Shown one piece after another: positions 42,970-57,241 of a DNA stretch of 64,000 nucleotides. The DNA is from Rhodospirillales bacterium (GTDB lineage: Bacteria > Pseudomonadota > Alphaproteobacteria > Bin95). The position numbers and the translations under genes were made by a program. Position 1 is the first letter of the stretch, and every line of letters starts with the position of its first letter. The notes beneath the pieces are model-generated. The model searched no databases. It worked only from the letters and a program-made list of their open reading frames with translations, and was not told the origin of the DNA. The stretch is taken from positions 672,001 through 736,000 of the forward strand of contig JAYQLI010000035.1 of NCBI GenBank assembly GCA_038143065.1, given 5' to 3'.

Positions 42970-43713
42970 ATGAAACGATTCATCGGAAAAGTTGCAATTG
43001 TTACAGGCGGAGGGAATGGGATTGGCGCTGCCATTGTCGAACGTTTATCCGATGAAGGCGCTTCAGTGCTAATTGTCGATAGGGAATTGGAATCAGCAAA
43101 AGAAATTGCTCAGAAAACAGGGGCCTCCGTCTTGGCGGGAGATGTATCTGAACCAAACACCGCGCAAAATGCCGTTTCAACGGCCCTCTCCAACTATGGC
43201 AAAGTTGATGTTGTAGTTTGTAATGCCGGAATAACAGACCGTGCCCCTTTCCTTGAAATGACACCAGAATTTTTTGAAAAAGTCATAGGCATAAACTTGA
43301 AGGGAGCATTTTATTTTGCCCAAGCGGCCGCGCGTCAAATGGTGGCTCAGGAAACTGGAGGCCGCATTATTGCGGTTGCTTCTAACTCAGGGATTTTTGG
43401 TGGCCGTGGACGCGCTGCCTACGGAGCAAGCAAGGCTGGTCTGATAAATTTGGTTCAGACAATGGCAATCGAACTTGCCGAGCATGGGATAAACGTCAAT
43501 GCAGTTGTACCAGGACCAACTAAGACGCGAGTCACTAAAACTGCAGATTTACCACCTAGCGTTCAAAGTAGGATGCCTTTGCATAGGTTTGGATCGCCTC
43601 AGGAAATTGCTGCGGTAGCCGCGTTTCTGGCATCTGATGACGCAAGCTTTGTAACAGGCCAGGCTTACGCTGCCGACGGTGGGTATACAACTGCTGGGAT
43701 GATGGAAGGTTAA
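42970..43713 (+). CDS. Short-chain dehydrogenase/reductase
   Basis: TGGGNGIG, CNAGI, YGASK and FVTGQ. Confidence 0.92.
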   Translation: MKRFIGKVAIVTGGGNGIGAAIVERLSDEGASVLIVDRELESAKEIAQKTGASVLAGDVSEPNTAQNAVSTALSNYGKVDVVVCNAGITDRAPFLEMTPEFFEKVIGINLKGAFYFAQAAARQMVAQETGGRIIAVASNSGIFGGRGRAAYGASKAGLINLVQTMAIELAEHGINVNAVVPGPTKTRVTKTADLPPSVQSRMPLHRFGSPQEIAAVAAFLASDDASFVTGQAYAADGGYTTAGMMEG

Positions 43714-43792
43714 GCTGCGCAATATTGTCAATTTTAGTCGTCTAACGCTTGGCTAGATGAGCATTTTCGGCTAAATAACCTCTCCCCGCGCA

Positions 43793-43955
43793 GATGGGTG
43801 CTGGAGCTGAAACGCCCCGACCCAAGGCTAGCGGTTCGATTATAGCATGATGGTGCCAGAAAAAGTGAGCGCCTCGCTATGTGGATCGCACGGGGAAACC
43901 GTGGGTTTCAGATTGCCCCATCCTTCTATATCTCAAGGGCTTACCCCTTGATTTT
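43793..43955 (+). ncRNA. Candidate structured RNA (cis-regulatory leader or sRNA) upstream of gltB
   Basis: Five nested helices and a side hairpin found by eye, followed by the hairpin TCAAGGG-CTTAC-CCCTTGA and TTTT. No family recognised. Confidence 0.5.
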
Positions 43956-44014
43956 GGCTGGCTGGGTTCTAGGAAATCTTAGTATTGAATTTTATTTTTT
44001 AAGGACGATGGCCT

Positions 44015-47000
44015 ATGTCTAAGACGCCTGAAGCCCAGGGGCTTTATGACCCCAGGAATGAGCATGACGCATGTGGTGTCGGCTTTGTGGCGGATGTCAA
44101 AGGCCGAAAATCCCATGAAATCGTTCAAGAAGGCTTAGAAATTCTTCTAAAGCTAGATCACAGAGGTGCTGTTGGCGCTGATCCACTAGCCGGCGATGGC
44201 GCAGGCCTTTTATCCCAAATTCCTGATCAGTTCTTCAGGAAGCAGCAACTTGGGTTCACACTCCTCCTGTCGGTTCATACGCAGTCGGCCAAATCTTTCT
44301 TCCTCAGGACAAAAAGAATTCTTTGGCGCTGGAAAAACTTGTTGAATCTCATTGTCGCGATGAGGGATTAACTGTGTTGGGATGGCGAGATGTCCCGGTC
44401 AATAGCGAAGGACTAGGGGTCTCCGTTATCAAGACTGAGCCAACAACAAAGCAAATCTTTGTAACCGCTGATTATGCAAAGGATGATCAGGATAAATTCG
44501 AGCGAAAAGTTTTTGTTGCTCGCAAGTCCGTTGCAAACAAAATTTCTGGTGAGAAAATGCCCGGATTTGAGGATTTTTATATTTCCTCGATGTCTTCGCG
44601 GACCATTACCTATAAAGGAATGCTACTCGCCGGTCAGGTAGGCACATATTTCCTAGATCTCCAAGATCCTGATTTCACCTCCGCCTTAGCTTTGGTGCAT
44701 CAGCGTTTCTCGACCAACACATTCCCCTCTTGGCGGCTTGCACATCCCTATCGCATGGTCTGCCATAATGGCGAGATAAATACCCTTCGCGGAAACGTAA
44801 ACTGGATGGCAGCCCGTAAGCACGCTATGACATCTGATTTACTAGGCAGCGATTTAGAAAAATTATGGCCAATAATTCCAGAAGGTCAGTCAGACACTGC
44901 TTGTTTTGATAATGCTCTCGAACTGCTTGTCATGGGTGGATATTCCCTGGCGCATGCTATGATGGTGTTAATTCCAGAGGCATGGTCCGGTAACCCTTTA
45001 ATGGATGAGAAAAGACGTGCGTTCTACGAGTACTACGCTGCGGCTATGGAACCATGGGATGGCCCTGCTGCAGTAGCATTCACGGATGGACGACAAATCG
45101 GAGCCACCTTGGATAGGAATGGTCTCCGTCCGGCGCGTTATCTCGTAACGACAGATGATAAAGTTGTGATGGCATCGGAGATTGGTGTCCTTGACATACC
45201 ACCTGAGAAAATAGCACGGCAGTGGCGTCTACAGCCTGGAAAAATGTTCCTCATTGATACGGATGAGGGAAGAATTATTGATGACGCAGAACTCAAAAAA
45301 GAGCTCTCCGAGGCTAGAAATTACAAGGAATTATTATCTAAGACCCAATTCAAACTGAGTGAATTAGCGGGGAGCAAGGTGTCTGCTCCTACCTCGAATA
45401 TTCCGCTGATCGATAGACAACAAGCGTTCGGATATTCGCAGGAAGACCTGAAATTTTTCTTGGAACCAATGGCGGCTGAGGGAGATGATCCAATTGGATC
45501 AATGGGTAAAGATACGCCAATTTCTGTGCTATCTGATAAATCCAAGCTGCTTTACACATATTTCAAGCAAAATTTTTCTCAGGTGACCAACCCACCAATC
45601 GACCCAATCAGGGAAGAATTGGTGATGTCCCTGGTATCTATGATTGGTCCCCGACCCAATTTGTTTAGCGTTGATGATGGTGACGATCCACATTGGCGTC
45701 TCGAAGTTAGCCAGCCAATTTTAACGAATGAGGATCTCGAAAAGATCCGTAACGTTACAGACCTTGTCGGTGACGCATTCCGCACTGCAACCCTTGATGC
45801 GTGCTGGCCAGCTGACCACGGCTTAGGGGGTATGGCAGCTGCAATTTCTCGCCTTCAAAGTGAAGCGGAAAAGGCCGTTCGTGACGACCATCAGAATATT
45901 TTAATTATTTCTGATCGCAGCATGAGCCAGAGCAGTATTCCAATACCTGCTCTCTTGGCTTGTTCAGCCGTTCATCATCACCTTATACGCAAGGGCTTAC
46001 GCACAGAAACTGGACTCGTAATTGAAACTGGTGAAGCGCGCGAAGTTCATCACATGTGTGTTCTGGCCGGATATGGCGCTGAAGCAATAAACCCCTACCT
46101 GGCATTTGACTCTATCCGTGACAGGCTGGACGAATTGCCAGAGGGAGTGAATGAAGAGAAAGCGTTTAAGAATTACATCAAAGCTTTAAACAAAGGCATG
46201 CTTAAAGTGATGTCCAAGATGGGCATCTCTACATATCAATCGTATTCTGGAGCTCAGATCTTTGATGCAATTGGGCTCTCTTCAGAGTTCATTGAAGAAT
46301 ACTTTACTGGAACGGCAACAACCGTTGAGGGCATTTCTGTAGAGGAAGTGGCTAGAGAAACAGTTGAACGCCACGCCCGTGCGTTTAGTGATGACCCAAC
46401 CCTGGAACGGATGCTTGAAGTTGGTGGGGAATACGCTTATCGCATGCGTGGAGAACGTCACGCTTGGAACCCAACAAGCGTGAGGGCTTTACAACATGCA
46501 GTTCGTGGAAATTTACCCAACGAATATAAGACTTTTGCAGACTCAATTAATGAGCAATCTCGCAATCTTCTTACTCTCCGTGGTTTATTTGACTTTAAAT
46601 GGTCTGAACAGCCAATCCCATTAGATGAGGTAGAACCCGCGTCTGAGATAGTTAAGCGGTTCTCTACCGGGGCAATGTCATTTGGATCCATCAGTCGAGA
46701 GGCGCACACTACCCTAGCAATTGCGATGAATCGGATGGGTGGTAGATCTAATACTGGCGAAGGCGGTGAAGAACCGGATCGATTTAAGCCCATGGCAAAC
46801 GGCGACAGTATGCGGAGCCGCATTAAGCAGGTCGCAAGTGGCCGATTTGGCGTCACAACAGAATACCTAGCTAACGCCGATGACATTCAGATAAAGATGG
46901 CGCAGGGCGCCAAGCCAGGTGAAGGCGGGCAGTTGCCCGGTCATAAGGTGGATCGGAATATTGCTGCAGTGCGCCATTCCACTCCAGGAGTTGGCCTGAT

Positions 47001-48605
47001 TTCACCCCCTCCTCATCATGATATTTACTCTATTGAGGACTTGGCGCAGCTCATTCATGATCTTAAGAATGCTAATCCAAGTGCCCGTATTAGTGTAAAA
47101 TTAGTGTCAGAGGTTGGGGTTGGCACGGTCGCAGCCGGTGTGTCGAAAGCGCGCTCAGATCATGTCACAATTTCAGGTTTTGAGGGCGGCACAGGCGCCA
47201 GTCCAATAACCTCCCTCACACACGCAGGGAGTCCTTGGGAAATTGGTCTAGCAGAAACGCACCAGACCCTCGTACTAAACGGTTTGCGCGGCAGGATTGC
47301 TGTACAGGTCGATGGTGGTCTGCGAACCGGTCGCGACGTAGTTATCGGTGCAATTCTGGGCGCAGACGAATTTGGTTTCTCAACAGCGCCATTGATTGCT
47401 ATGGGTTGTATAATGATGCGCAAATGCCATCTGAACACATGCCCAGTCGGCGTAGCAACTCAAAACCCTGAACTCCGAAAGAAGTTCACAGGTACGCCAG
47501 AAAACGTAATTAACTACTTCTTCTTCTTGGCTGAAGAGATGCGCGAGATTATGTCTAAGCTTGGCGTTCGCTCCATGAACGAACTGATTGGCGCTACTGA
47601 ATTCCTAGATATGCGCCAGGCAGTGGAACAGTGGAAGGCAGACGGCGTAGACCTTCGCCGCCTAATATTTAAGCCAACCGCTGCAGATGGAGTTGCTACT
47701 TACAACTGTGAGACCCAGGATCACGAACTAGATAAAGCCTTAGACCAAAAATTGATTGCGGCAGCAAAGCCGGCAATCGACAACGGGGAAGCTGTTGTAA
47801 TTAACACGGAAGTCAGAAATGTTAACCGGACAGTAGGAGCTATGTTGTCTGGCCAGCTCGCAAAGAAATACGGACACGCCGGGCTTCCAGAAGATACGGT
47901 AGCCATCAAGGCCTCTCAGGAGTTGGTGGGCAAAGCTTTGGAGCATTCCTAACTCGTGGTGTTTCTATCGAGCTAGAAGGTGTTGCGAATGACTATGTTG
48001 GAAAAGGACTTTCTGGGGGTCGCATAGCAATATTCCCACCTAAAAAATCACCTTACGCACCCAAAGAAAACATGATCATCGGCAATACTGTGCTTTACGG
48101 AGCGATTGAAGGTGAATGCTTCTTTAGAGGTGTAGCGGGCGAGCGGTTCTGCGTGCGGAACTCCGGAGCGTTTGCAGTAGTTGAGGGCGTAGGCGACCAC
48201 GGTTGTGAGTACATGACCGGCGGCTGTGTTGTGGTATTGGGTCCAACCGGTGTTAATTTCGCAGCCGGAATGTCAGGTGGCCTTGCTTATGTGCATGACC
48301 CTGATGGGATTTTTGCTGATCGTTGCAATAAAGCGATGGTATCACTTGAAAAAGTTGAACCTGCGAAAAATGCAATGACACCACACGACTTCAAAGGTGA
48401 CATGCTCGATCATGATGAAATGCGTCTTAAAACGTTGATTGAGCGCCACGCCCACTACACTGATAGTGATGTTGCTAAGTCATTACTCGCACGATGGGAA
48501 GAAGCTCGTGGGGAGTTCGTCAAGGTAATGCCAGACGACTACCGACGCGCTTTGTTAGAAATGAAGTCTGATCAGACCGAGACCAGGAGCGAAACCCATG
48601 GGTAA
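44015..48605 (+). CDS. gltB: Glutamate synthase large subunit (frameshifts near 44265 and 47915)
   Basis: [50 protein letters not shown] and [11 protein letters not shown]. Confidence 0.97.
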
Positions 48606-50024
48606 GCCAACAGGTTTCTTAGAACTAACTCGTTCCGAAAGAGGGTATCTGCCCGTTGAGGATCGACTAAAAAACTACAACGAATTCGTAGTTCCACTCT
48701 CTGAGAGCGAAGTTCAGAGCCAGGGGGCACGTTGTATGGATTGCGGAATACCGTTTTGCCACAACGGCTGCCCCGTAAATAATCAAATACCTGACTGGAA
48801 CGACCTTGTTTACGAAGGCGAATGGCAGAAGGCTTTAGTAAACCTGCACTCTACGAACAACTTTCCTGAATTTACTGGGAGAATATGCCCTGCTCCGTGC
48901 GAGGAGTCTTTGCGTTCTGAACATCAACGACAACCCAGTTGCTATTAAAACAATTGAATGCGCTGTCGTTGATAAAGGATTTGAAAACGGCTGGATTACA
49001 CCAGAAATTCCTGAACAGAAAACAGGCAAACGTATTGCGGTTATTGGATCAGGTCCAGCTGGCCTTGCAGCCTCTCAACAGTTAGCAAGAGCCGGTCATG
49101 ATGTCGTTTTATTTGAAAAGAATGATCGAATTGGCGGCTTACTACGTTACGGCATTCCTGACTTTAAAATGGAAAAGCATCTAATCGATCGGCGTATGGA
49201 ACAGATGTCTGCAGAAGGCGTGGAATTCCGAACAGGTGTTAATGTTGGCGTGGATATCAAAGTCGACGAACTAAAAGCCAGTTTTGATGCTGTTGTATTA
49301 ACGGGCGGAGCAGAAGCACCGAGAGACCTTCCGGTAGATGGAAGAAAACTAGACGGTGTTCATTTTGCCATGGAGTTTTTACCTCAGCAAAATAAGCGGG
49401 TTGCTGGCGATACCGTGCCTGATGATTTATCTATCTTGGCAGATGGTAAAAAAGTGCTCGTTATTGGCGGTGGTGATACCGGGTCCGATTGTATCGGAAC
49501 GTCCAATAGGCACGGTGCAACCGGCGTAACTCAGCTCGAAATTATGCCAAAACCACCCGTCCAAGAAGATAAACCGATGGTGTGGCCAGATTGGCCGATT
49601 AAACTACGCACGTCTTCTAGCCACGACGAAGGGGCTGAACGGAAGTTTGCCGCGTCCACCCTCGAATTCCAGGGTAAAGACGGTAAGGTAACAGGGGCAA
49701 CCATCTCCGAAGTAGAATGGACAAAAACTGGCCCGCAGCCCATCAAAGGGACAGAGCAACAAATTGATTGTGACCTTGTATTGCTTGCGATGGGCTTTGT
49801 TGGCCCGGTAAAACAGGGCCTAATTGAGGAATTAGGTGTTGATTTAGATCAGCGCGGCAATGTTTTTGCAGACGATTTTTCTTACAGAACTTCTGTAGAC
49901 AAGGTTTTTACCGCCGGTGACATGAGGCGTGGTCAATCCTAGTTGTTTGGGCCATACGTGAAGGACGGCAATGTGCTCGGGCCGTTGATGAGTACCTAAT
50001 GGGTACGTCTAAACTCCCCGTTAA
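48598..50024 (+). CDS. gltD: Glutamate synthase small subunit (frameshifts near 48910, 49940, 50020)
   Basis: [41 protein letters not shown] and [19 protein letters not shown]. Confidence 0.96.
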
Positions 50025-50045
50025 GGGCTTCAAAAACAATATTGG

Positions 50046-50070
50046 AGGCTGCAGAGAGTGCCTGCAGCCT
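50046..50070. terminator. Hairpin between convergent gltD and oxidoreductase genes
   Basis: 9-bp stem AGGCTGCAG / CTGCAGCCT. Confidence 0.55.
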
Positions 50071-50089
50071 TGTCTCGTGCTGATCAGAA

Positions 50090-51082
50090 TTAAGTAAGTA
50101 TCACCTTACCGATAGCATCTCTATCAATCAGCATTTGCAATGCCTTTGAGGCTTCTGATAGCGGGAGTGATGCACTTACAAGCGGGTTTAATTTCCCCTC
50201 GTCAGCAAGTTTGACGAGAACCTCAACATTTTCTTGCGCGATTTCAGGTTGAAACTCATTAAGACCTCCTACGCGGCAACCAACTGCACTAGCACCTTTG
50301 ATGAGTAAGTGATTGGTTTTTGCGAGCGCAGGCGCACCAGCTAAGAAACCAAGGATCAGAATACGTCCGCCCCAATTAATACAACGCGTACATTCCTCAA
50401 AGGCCCATCCGCCAAGGGGATCCCAAAAAACATCCGCGCCCTTGCCTGCAGTCATCTCTTTTATAGTCTCACGAAACCTTCCTGGATTACCATCAGTTGG
50501 AGGCCCATAGTCAATAGCCTCGTCTGCACCAGCCGTAAGGCATGCTGCGCGCTTTTCACCTGAGGACGCAACAGCAATAACACGAGCTCCTAAAGCTTTT
50601 CCCATTTGGATAGCTGCTAATCCAATGCCACCAGCTGCTCCCAAAACTACCAGCGTTTCTCCCTCTTGCACGGAACCACGCTGAACAAGCGCATGATACG
50701 CTGTGGTATAGGCCGAGCGGAAACCTGCTGATTGGGCCATTGTGAAATTGCTCGGCACCTTCGCTAGTTCAGATGCATTGGATATGGCAAATTCTGCAAA
50801 GGCACCCGGTTGGTGTCGCGACATAACTTTGTCACCAAGAGACCAGCCATGGACCCCAGAGCCTATACTAACGATCTCGCCCGCAGCCTCTCCTCCCGGA
50901 ATAAAGGGAGGTTCTGGACGAAATTGATATTTACCTGCAACCATCAACACATCGACGTATTGAACCGCTCTTGCCTCGATTTTTACTAAGACCTCTCCCT
51001 CCTTGGGCTCGGGAACGGCGACATCTTCATGTAAGACCACTGCTTCAGGGCCACCAAATTTCTCACAAATAATTGCACGCAT
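50090..51082 (-). CDS. NADPH:quinone oxidoreductase family (MDR)
   Basis: [24 protein letters not shown] and IGKVIL. Confidence 0.92.
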   Translation of the reverse strand: MRAIICEKFGGPEAVVLHEDVAVPEPKEGEVLVKIEARAVQYVDVLMVAGKYQFRPEPPFIPGGEAAGEIVSIGSGVHGWSLGDKVMSRHQPGAFAEFAISNASELAKVPSNFTMAQSAGFRSAYTTAYHALVQRGSVQEGETLVVLGAAGGIGLAAIQMGKALGARVIAVASSGEKRAACLTAGADEAIDYGPPTDGNPGRFRETIKEMTAGKGADVFWDPLGGWAFEECTRCINWGGRILILGFLAGAPALAKTNHLLIKGASAVGCRVGGLNEFQPEIAQENVEVLVKLADEGKLNPLVSASLPLSEASKALQMLIDRDAIGKVILT

Positions 51083-51093
51083 TTCTTTTCTCC

Positions 51094-52827
51094 CTACCAG
51101 CCAAGAGCATAAGCAACGCGACGATGGTCCGCGCCCGCTGCTTTAATTCCAGTTTCACGATCATCACGGATCATACAAATCGATCCAGCTAACCAGGTCC
51201 GCTCTGGCCACTCTTCAACACGGTGTCCACGTGCCGCAAGGCCCCTACCCGTCGCACTATCAATTCGACCCTCAATTTTTAATAACCCAGGATGATAATC
51301 GTGGGGTTCGAAGGAAGATGGAAATGAATAGCTTGCAAATCGCGGTGTTTCCACTGCTTGTTGTGGCCCCATTCCAAAAACTGCTATGTCACAGAACGCT
51401 TGAGCCATTCCTTGTGTTTGAACGTCTCCTCCTGGTGTTCCAAAAGGCAGAAACGTCAATCCATTACCACGGATAGCAATTGCAGGGTTGGGTGTTAAGC
51501 GCGGTCTCTTACCCGGCATAATTGATGAGGGGTGCAATGGATCAGTCCATGACTGCACACCTCTTGGACTTACACTTAAACCAGTACCCGGGACGACGGC
51601 ACCGTTGTAGGACCCATCGGAAGGTGTTGCCGAGAATACATTCCCTTGGTCATCTACAACGCATAAATAACTTGTATCTAAAGACCCACCAGGATGAGGC
51701 TGATCAACAGAAGGCTTAGGGAAAGGCGCTCCATGCCATGGTTCGCCTCCAGCATCTCCGGGCGGTGGCATTTCTGGAAATGCACTACTCATATCGACAC
51801 GTGCTTTTTGACTGTCGGCATAGGCCTCTGAAAGTAAGACCTCAACCGGCACCTTCACAAACCTTGGATCTCCAAAATAAGCATCGCGATCTGCCATAAC
51901 GAGCTTCGTTGCTTCTACATGGGCATGTACATAGTCGACGCTATTCAAACCAAATTGCTTTAAATCAAATCTTTTTAATAAATTTAATTTTTCCATCAGA
52001 GCAGGCCCCTGACACCAAGGCCCACATCCAAAGACCCGCCAATCACCAAACTTCGATGATACGGGAGGCTCAAAACCCACTTGAAAATTGGCCATATCTT
52101 CCATCGAAAGCCAACCACCAACAGAGTCATGATAGTCTGTAATAGTTTTAGCTAGATCACCTTTATAAAAGGCGTCTCTGGCTGCTTGTAAAGCTTGCCG
52201 CCGATCTGAACCGTGCTGAAGCGCTGCATGCTCCTCATCGATCATATACTGCAAACTATTGGCCAATGCTTTTTGGTAGAAAAGCTCACCAACCTGCGGG
52301 GGCTCGCCATTTTCCGAGAGATAAATCTCTGCTGCATGATCAAAAGCAGCATAGTCCTTTCGATTATTAACAATTGTCTGTCTTAAAAGCTCGTTCATCG
52401 GAAACCCATCGCGGGCAAATCGAACTGCATAATGCGCAACGTCCCCAAATGACATGGTGCCGAAGCTATCCAATGCAGCAATCCAAGCTGCTGGTGCTGA
52501 TGGCACGACGGTCCGCATGGGCCCCACAGGTATTGCACCTCCGTGCTCACGACGAAAATATTCGATGTCGGCTTTCGCCGGCCAACCACCCAATCCAGAA
52601 ATCGTTACCATTTGGGCTCGCTTTGCATCCCAAAGTATAATTGGTGCCACCCCAGCACAGCTCACGAGATCCGATTGAAGAACGCCAAGAGCTAACCCGG
52701 CCGCAACGCCTGCATCTATTGCGTTTCCGCCGGCTTGGAGAACCTCAAAAGCTGCCTGACTTGCAAAGTAATGTCCTGATGACACTGCAAAACGAGTACC
52801 TTGGATTTCCGGTCGCTCTGTAGCCAT
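51094..52827 (-). CDS. Gamma-glutamyltransferase family (Ntn hydrolase)
   Basis: GGNAIDAG, DRDAYFGDP, nucleophile DTSYLCVVD, PGKRPRLTPNP and FGTPGGDVQ. Confidence 0.9.
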   Translation of the reverse strand: MATERPEIQGTRFAVSSGHYFASQAAFEVLQAGGNAIDAGVAAGLALGVLQSDLVSCAGVAPIILWDAKRAQMVTISGLGGWPAKADIEYFRREHGGAIPVGPMRTVVPSAPAAWIAALDSFGTMSFGDVAHYAVRFARDGFPMNELLRQTIVNNRKDYAAFDHAAEIYLSENGEPPQVGELFYQKALANSLQYMIDEEHAALQHGSDRRQALQAARDAFYKGDLAKTITDYHDSVGGWLSMEDMANFQVGFEPPVSSKFGDWRVFGCGPWCQGPALMEKLNLLKRFDLKQFGLNSVDYVHAHVEATKLVMADRDAYFGDPRFVKVPVEVLLSEAYADSQKARVDMSSAFPEMPPPGDAGGEPWHGAPFPKPSVDQPHPGGSLDTSYLCVVDDQGNVFSATPSDGSYNGAVVPGTGLSVSPRGVQSWTDPLHPSSIMPGKRPRLTPNPAIAIRGNGLTFLPFGTPGGDVQTQGMAQAFCDIAVFGMGPQQAVETPRFASYSFPSSFEPHDYHPGLLKIEGRIDSATGRGLAARGHRVEEWPERTWLAGSICMIRDDRETGIKAAGADHRRVAYALGW

Positions 52828-52882
52828 GCTAAGTCCTCCTCAACAAATTGATTCTCATAGTCTGCCGCAATCTGGATTTACC

Positions 52883-55016
<2,134 letters not shown>

Positions 55017-55171
55017 TTTTCAAATTTTAAGATATTCATGGAAAGGTCGTCTTCGGATAAATTTAACCTAAACAAAAAAATTCTTTGCCCAAAAACTCTT
55101 CGGCGTTGTTCTTCATTATTATCGTCAATGGCTTCATACTCTCAGGATCTAATTTATAGTTGGAGCACCTC

Positions 55172-56379
55172 ATGCCAGGTCCCTTTAAAGGCCTAAAGGT
55201 CGTAGATCTCACCACCGTAGTAGTAGGACCCTATTGCACACAAATGCTCTCTGACCTTGGTTGCGAGGTAATTAAAGTTGAAGCCCCAGATGGGGATTTA
55301 ACACGTCTCACCGGACCGTCACGCAATCAGGGCATGACGTCTAATTTTATGCAGCTTAACCGCAATAAACGCAGCATTGTATTAGACCTAAAAACGGAGA
55401 CTGGCGCAAAAGCAATGCAAGATCTGCTTCGAGATGCTGACGTCTTTGTTCATAATATGAGGCCAGAACCTTTAACCCGTCTTGGGTTTGATTACCCCAA
55501 GGTCAAAGAGATTAATCCAGAAATTATCTATTGTAACATTTGGGGATTTGGAGTTGATGGGCCTTATGCGGGCCGAGCTGCCTTTGATGACATAATCCAA
55601 GGTGTTTCGGGCCTCGTAGCACTTGAAGGATATGGTGATAAGCAACCGCGCTACGTTCCAATGCTCATTGCGGATAAAACCACAGGTGTCTTTGCCGCCC
55701 TAGCAATCTCTGCAGCCCTTTATCACAAGCTGGCAACAGGCGAAGGTCAGGAAATTGAAACACCGATGTTCGAGTGCATGACTTCATTCACCATGATTGA
55801 GCACCTATCTGGTGAAGGATTTTTGCCAGCCTTGGGAGCAGTAGGCTCTGAACGACACGCGAAACCAATGCGGTGGCCGATGCGAACAAAAGATGGCTGG
55901 GTTTGCATATTGGCTACGAGCGACAAGCATTGGCGTGGTTTAACAGAAGTGGGAAATCGCCCTGAGTTGACCGACGATCCGCGTTATAAAACCCGCCCTG
56001 CACGTCTAGAACGGCGCGAGGAAGTTATAGCTCTAACAGCAGAAATGATCCTCACCAGAAAACAAAAGACCTAGTTGCAGAACTCGCTGAAGCAGGTGTC
56101 CCCTGCATGCAAATTAATTCTCTAGATCAGGTGGTAAGTGATGAACACTTAAATGATGTTGGGTTTTGGCATGAAATGGACCATCCGAGCGAGGGACGTA
56201 TTCGGATGATGGCTCCGCCGTATAAACTGACAAAGACGCCACCGTCTATTCGAACTGGGGCACCAAGGTTTGGCCAGCATACTGCCGAAGTTTTAAGAGA
56301 GCTTGGCTACGGCGAAGAAGAAATCACTGCCATGCTAAAAGCGGGTGCTGCAGTACAGGACAACCGCAATAGCCAGTAA
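55172..56379 (+). CDS. CaiB/BaiF family (class III) CoA-transferase (frameshift near 56060)
   Basis: GPYCTQMLSDLG, NRNKRSIVLDLK, GPYAGRAAFDD and APRFGQHT. Confidence 0.9.
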
Positions 56380-56384
56380 TTCCA

Positions 56385-57107
56385 TCAATACATGTGTTGA
56401 CCGCCATTGATAGAAACAGTGGAGCCAGTAACAAAAGTTGCATTATCAGCCACGAGGAAAAGAACGCCTCTAGCAATTTCTTCAGCATGGCCCAATCTTC
56501 CAACGGGAACTTTTGCAACAATTTTTTCTAGTACGTTAGCTGGAACTGCAGCAACCATATAAGTATCAATGTAGCCGGGCGCGATCGCATTTACTGTTAT
56601 ATTGTAACGGGCCCCTTCTTGAGCCAGTGCCTTGGTAAAACCATGGATTCCAGATTTAGCCGCCGCGTAATTAACCTGGCCATATTGACCCGCCTGGCCA
56701 TTTATCGAGCCAATATTAACGATCCGTCCAAATTCTCTCTCACGCATTGAAGGGAACACAGCGTGAGCCATATTGAAGCAAGACCCAAGATTTGTATCAA
56801 TAACCTCATCCCACTGCTGACGGGTCATTCTCATTAAGGTTCCATCACGGGTGATGCCAGCGTTATTGACTACAATATCGATCGGTCCCTTTTCGGCGAC
56901 AATCTTATCCACTCCTGCCTGGCATGCATCATAATCAGCTACATCCCATTTATATGCCGAGATGCCAGTATCAGCGGTGAACTTTGCAGCTGCTTCATCG
57001 TTACCAGCGTAGTTTGCCGCAACGTCATAATCGGCTTCATGCAGCGCCTCTGCAATTGCTCTTCCTATTCCCCGAGTACCGCCAGTTACGATTGCCACGC
57101 GCGCCAT
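56385..57107 (-). CDS. phaB: Acetoacetyl-CoA reductase
   Basis: VTGGTRGIG, NNAGITRD, SINGQAGQYGQVNYAAAKSG and NGGQHMY. Confidence 0.93.
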   Translation of the reverse strand: MARVAIVTGGTRGIGRAIAEALHEADYDVAANYAGNDEAAAKFTADTGISAYKWDVADYDACQAGVDKIVAEKGPIDIVVNNAGITRDGTLMRMTRQQWDEVIDTNLGSCFNMAHAVFPSMREREFGRIVNIGSINGQAGQYGQVNYAAAKSGIHGFTKALAQEGARYNITVNAIAPGYIDTYMVAAVPANVLEKIVAKVPVGRLGHAEEIARGVLFLVADNATFVTGSTVSINGGQHMY

Positions 57108-57212
57108 AGCTTCTTCCTTCCATGAACCAAACATTGAAACCTATGTAACACCAGTGTTTTTTATTTATTATGTGCCGGGCAAAAGAACACAGTGCTGTTT
57201 GCCGCGCGACAT

Positions 57213-57229
57213 ATTGTGCAGTGCAGCAT
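57213..57229. promoter_or_regulatory. PhaR-type box upstream of phaB
   Basis: TTGTGCAGTGCAGCAT, core TGC-N3-GCA at 57217-57225. Confidence 0.6.
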
Positions 57230-57241
57230 AAATGGATGGCG

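Noticed and set aside
43795-43835. TPP riboswitch in the gltB leader (GGGTGC...GCTGAAA...CCC)
   Set aside because: It lacks the CUGAGA match and the downstream CCUGAU, UAAU and GCGnAGGGA elements, and the gene context is unrelated to thiamine.
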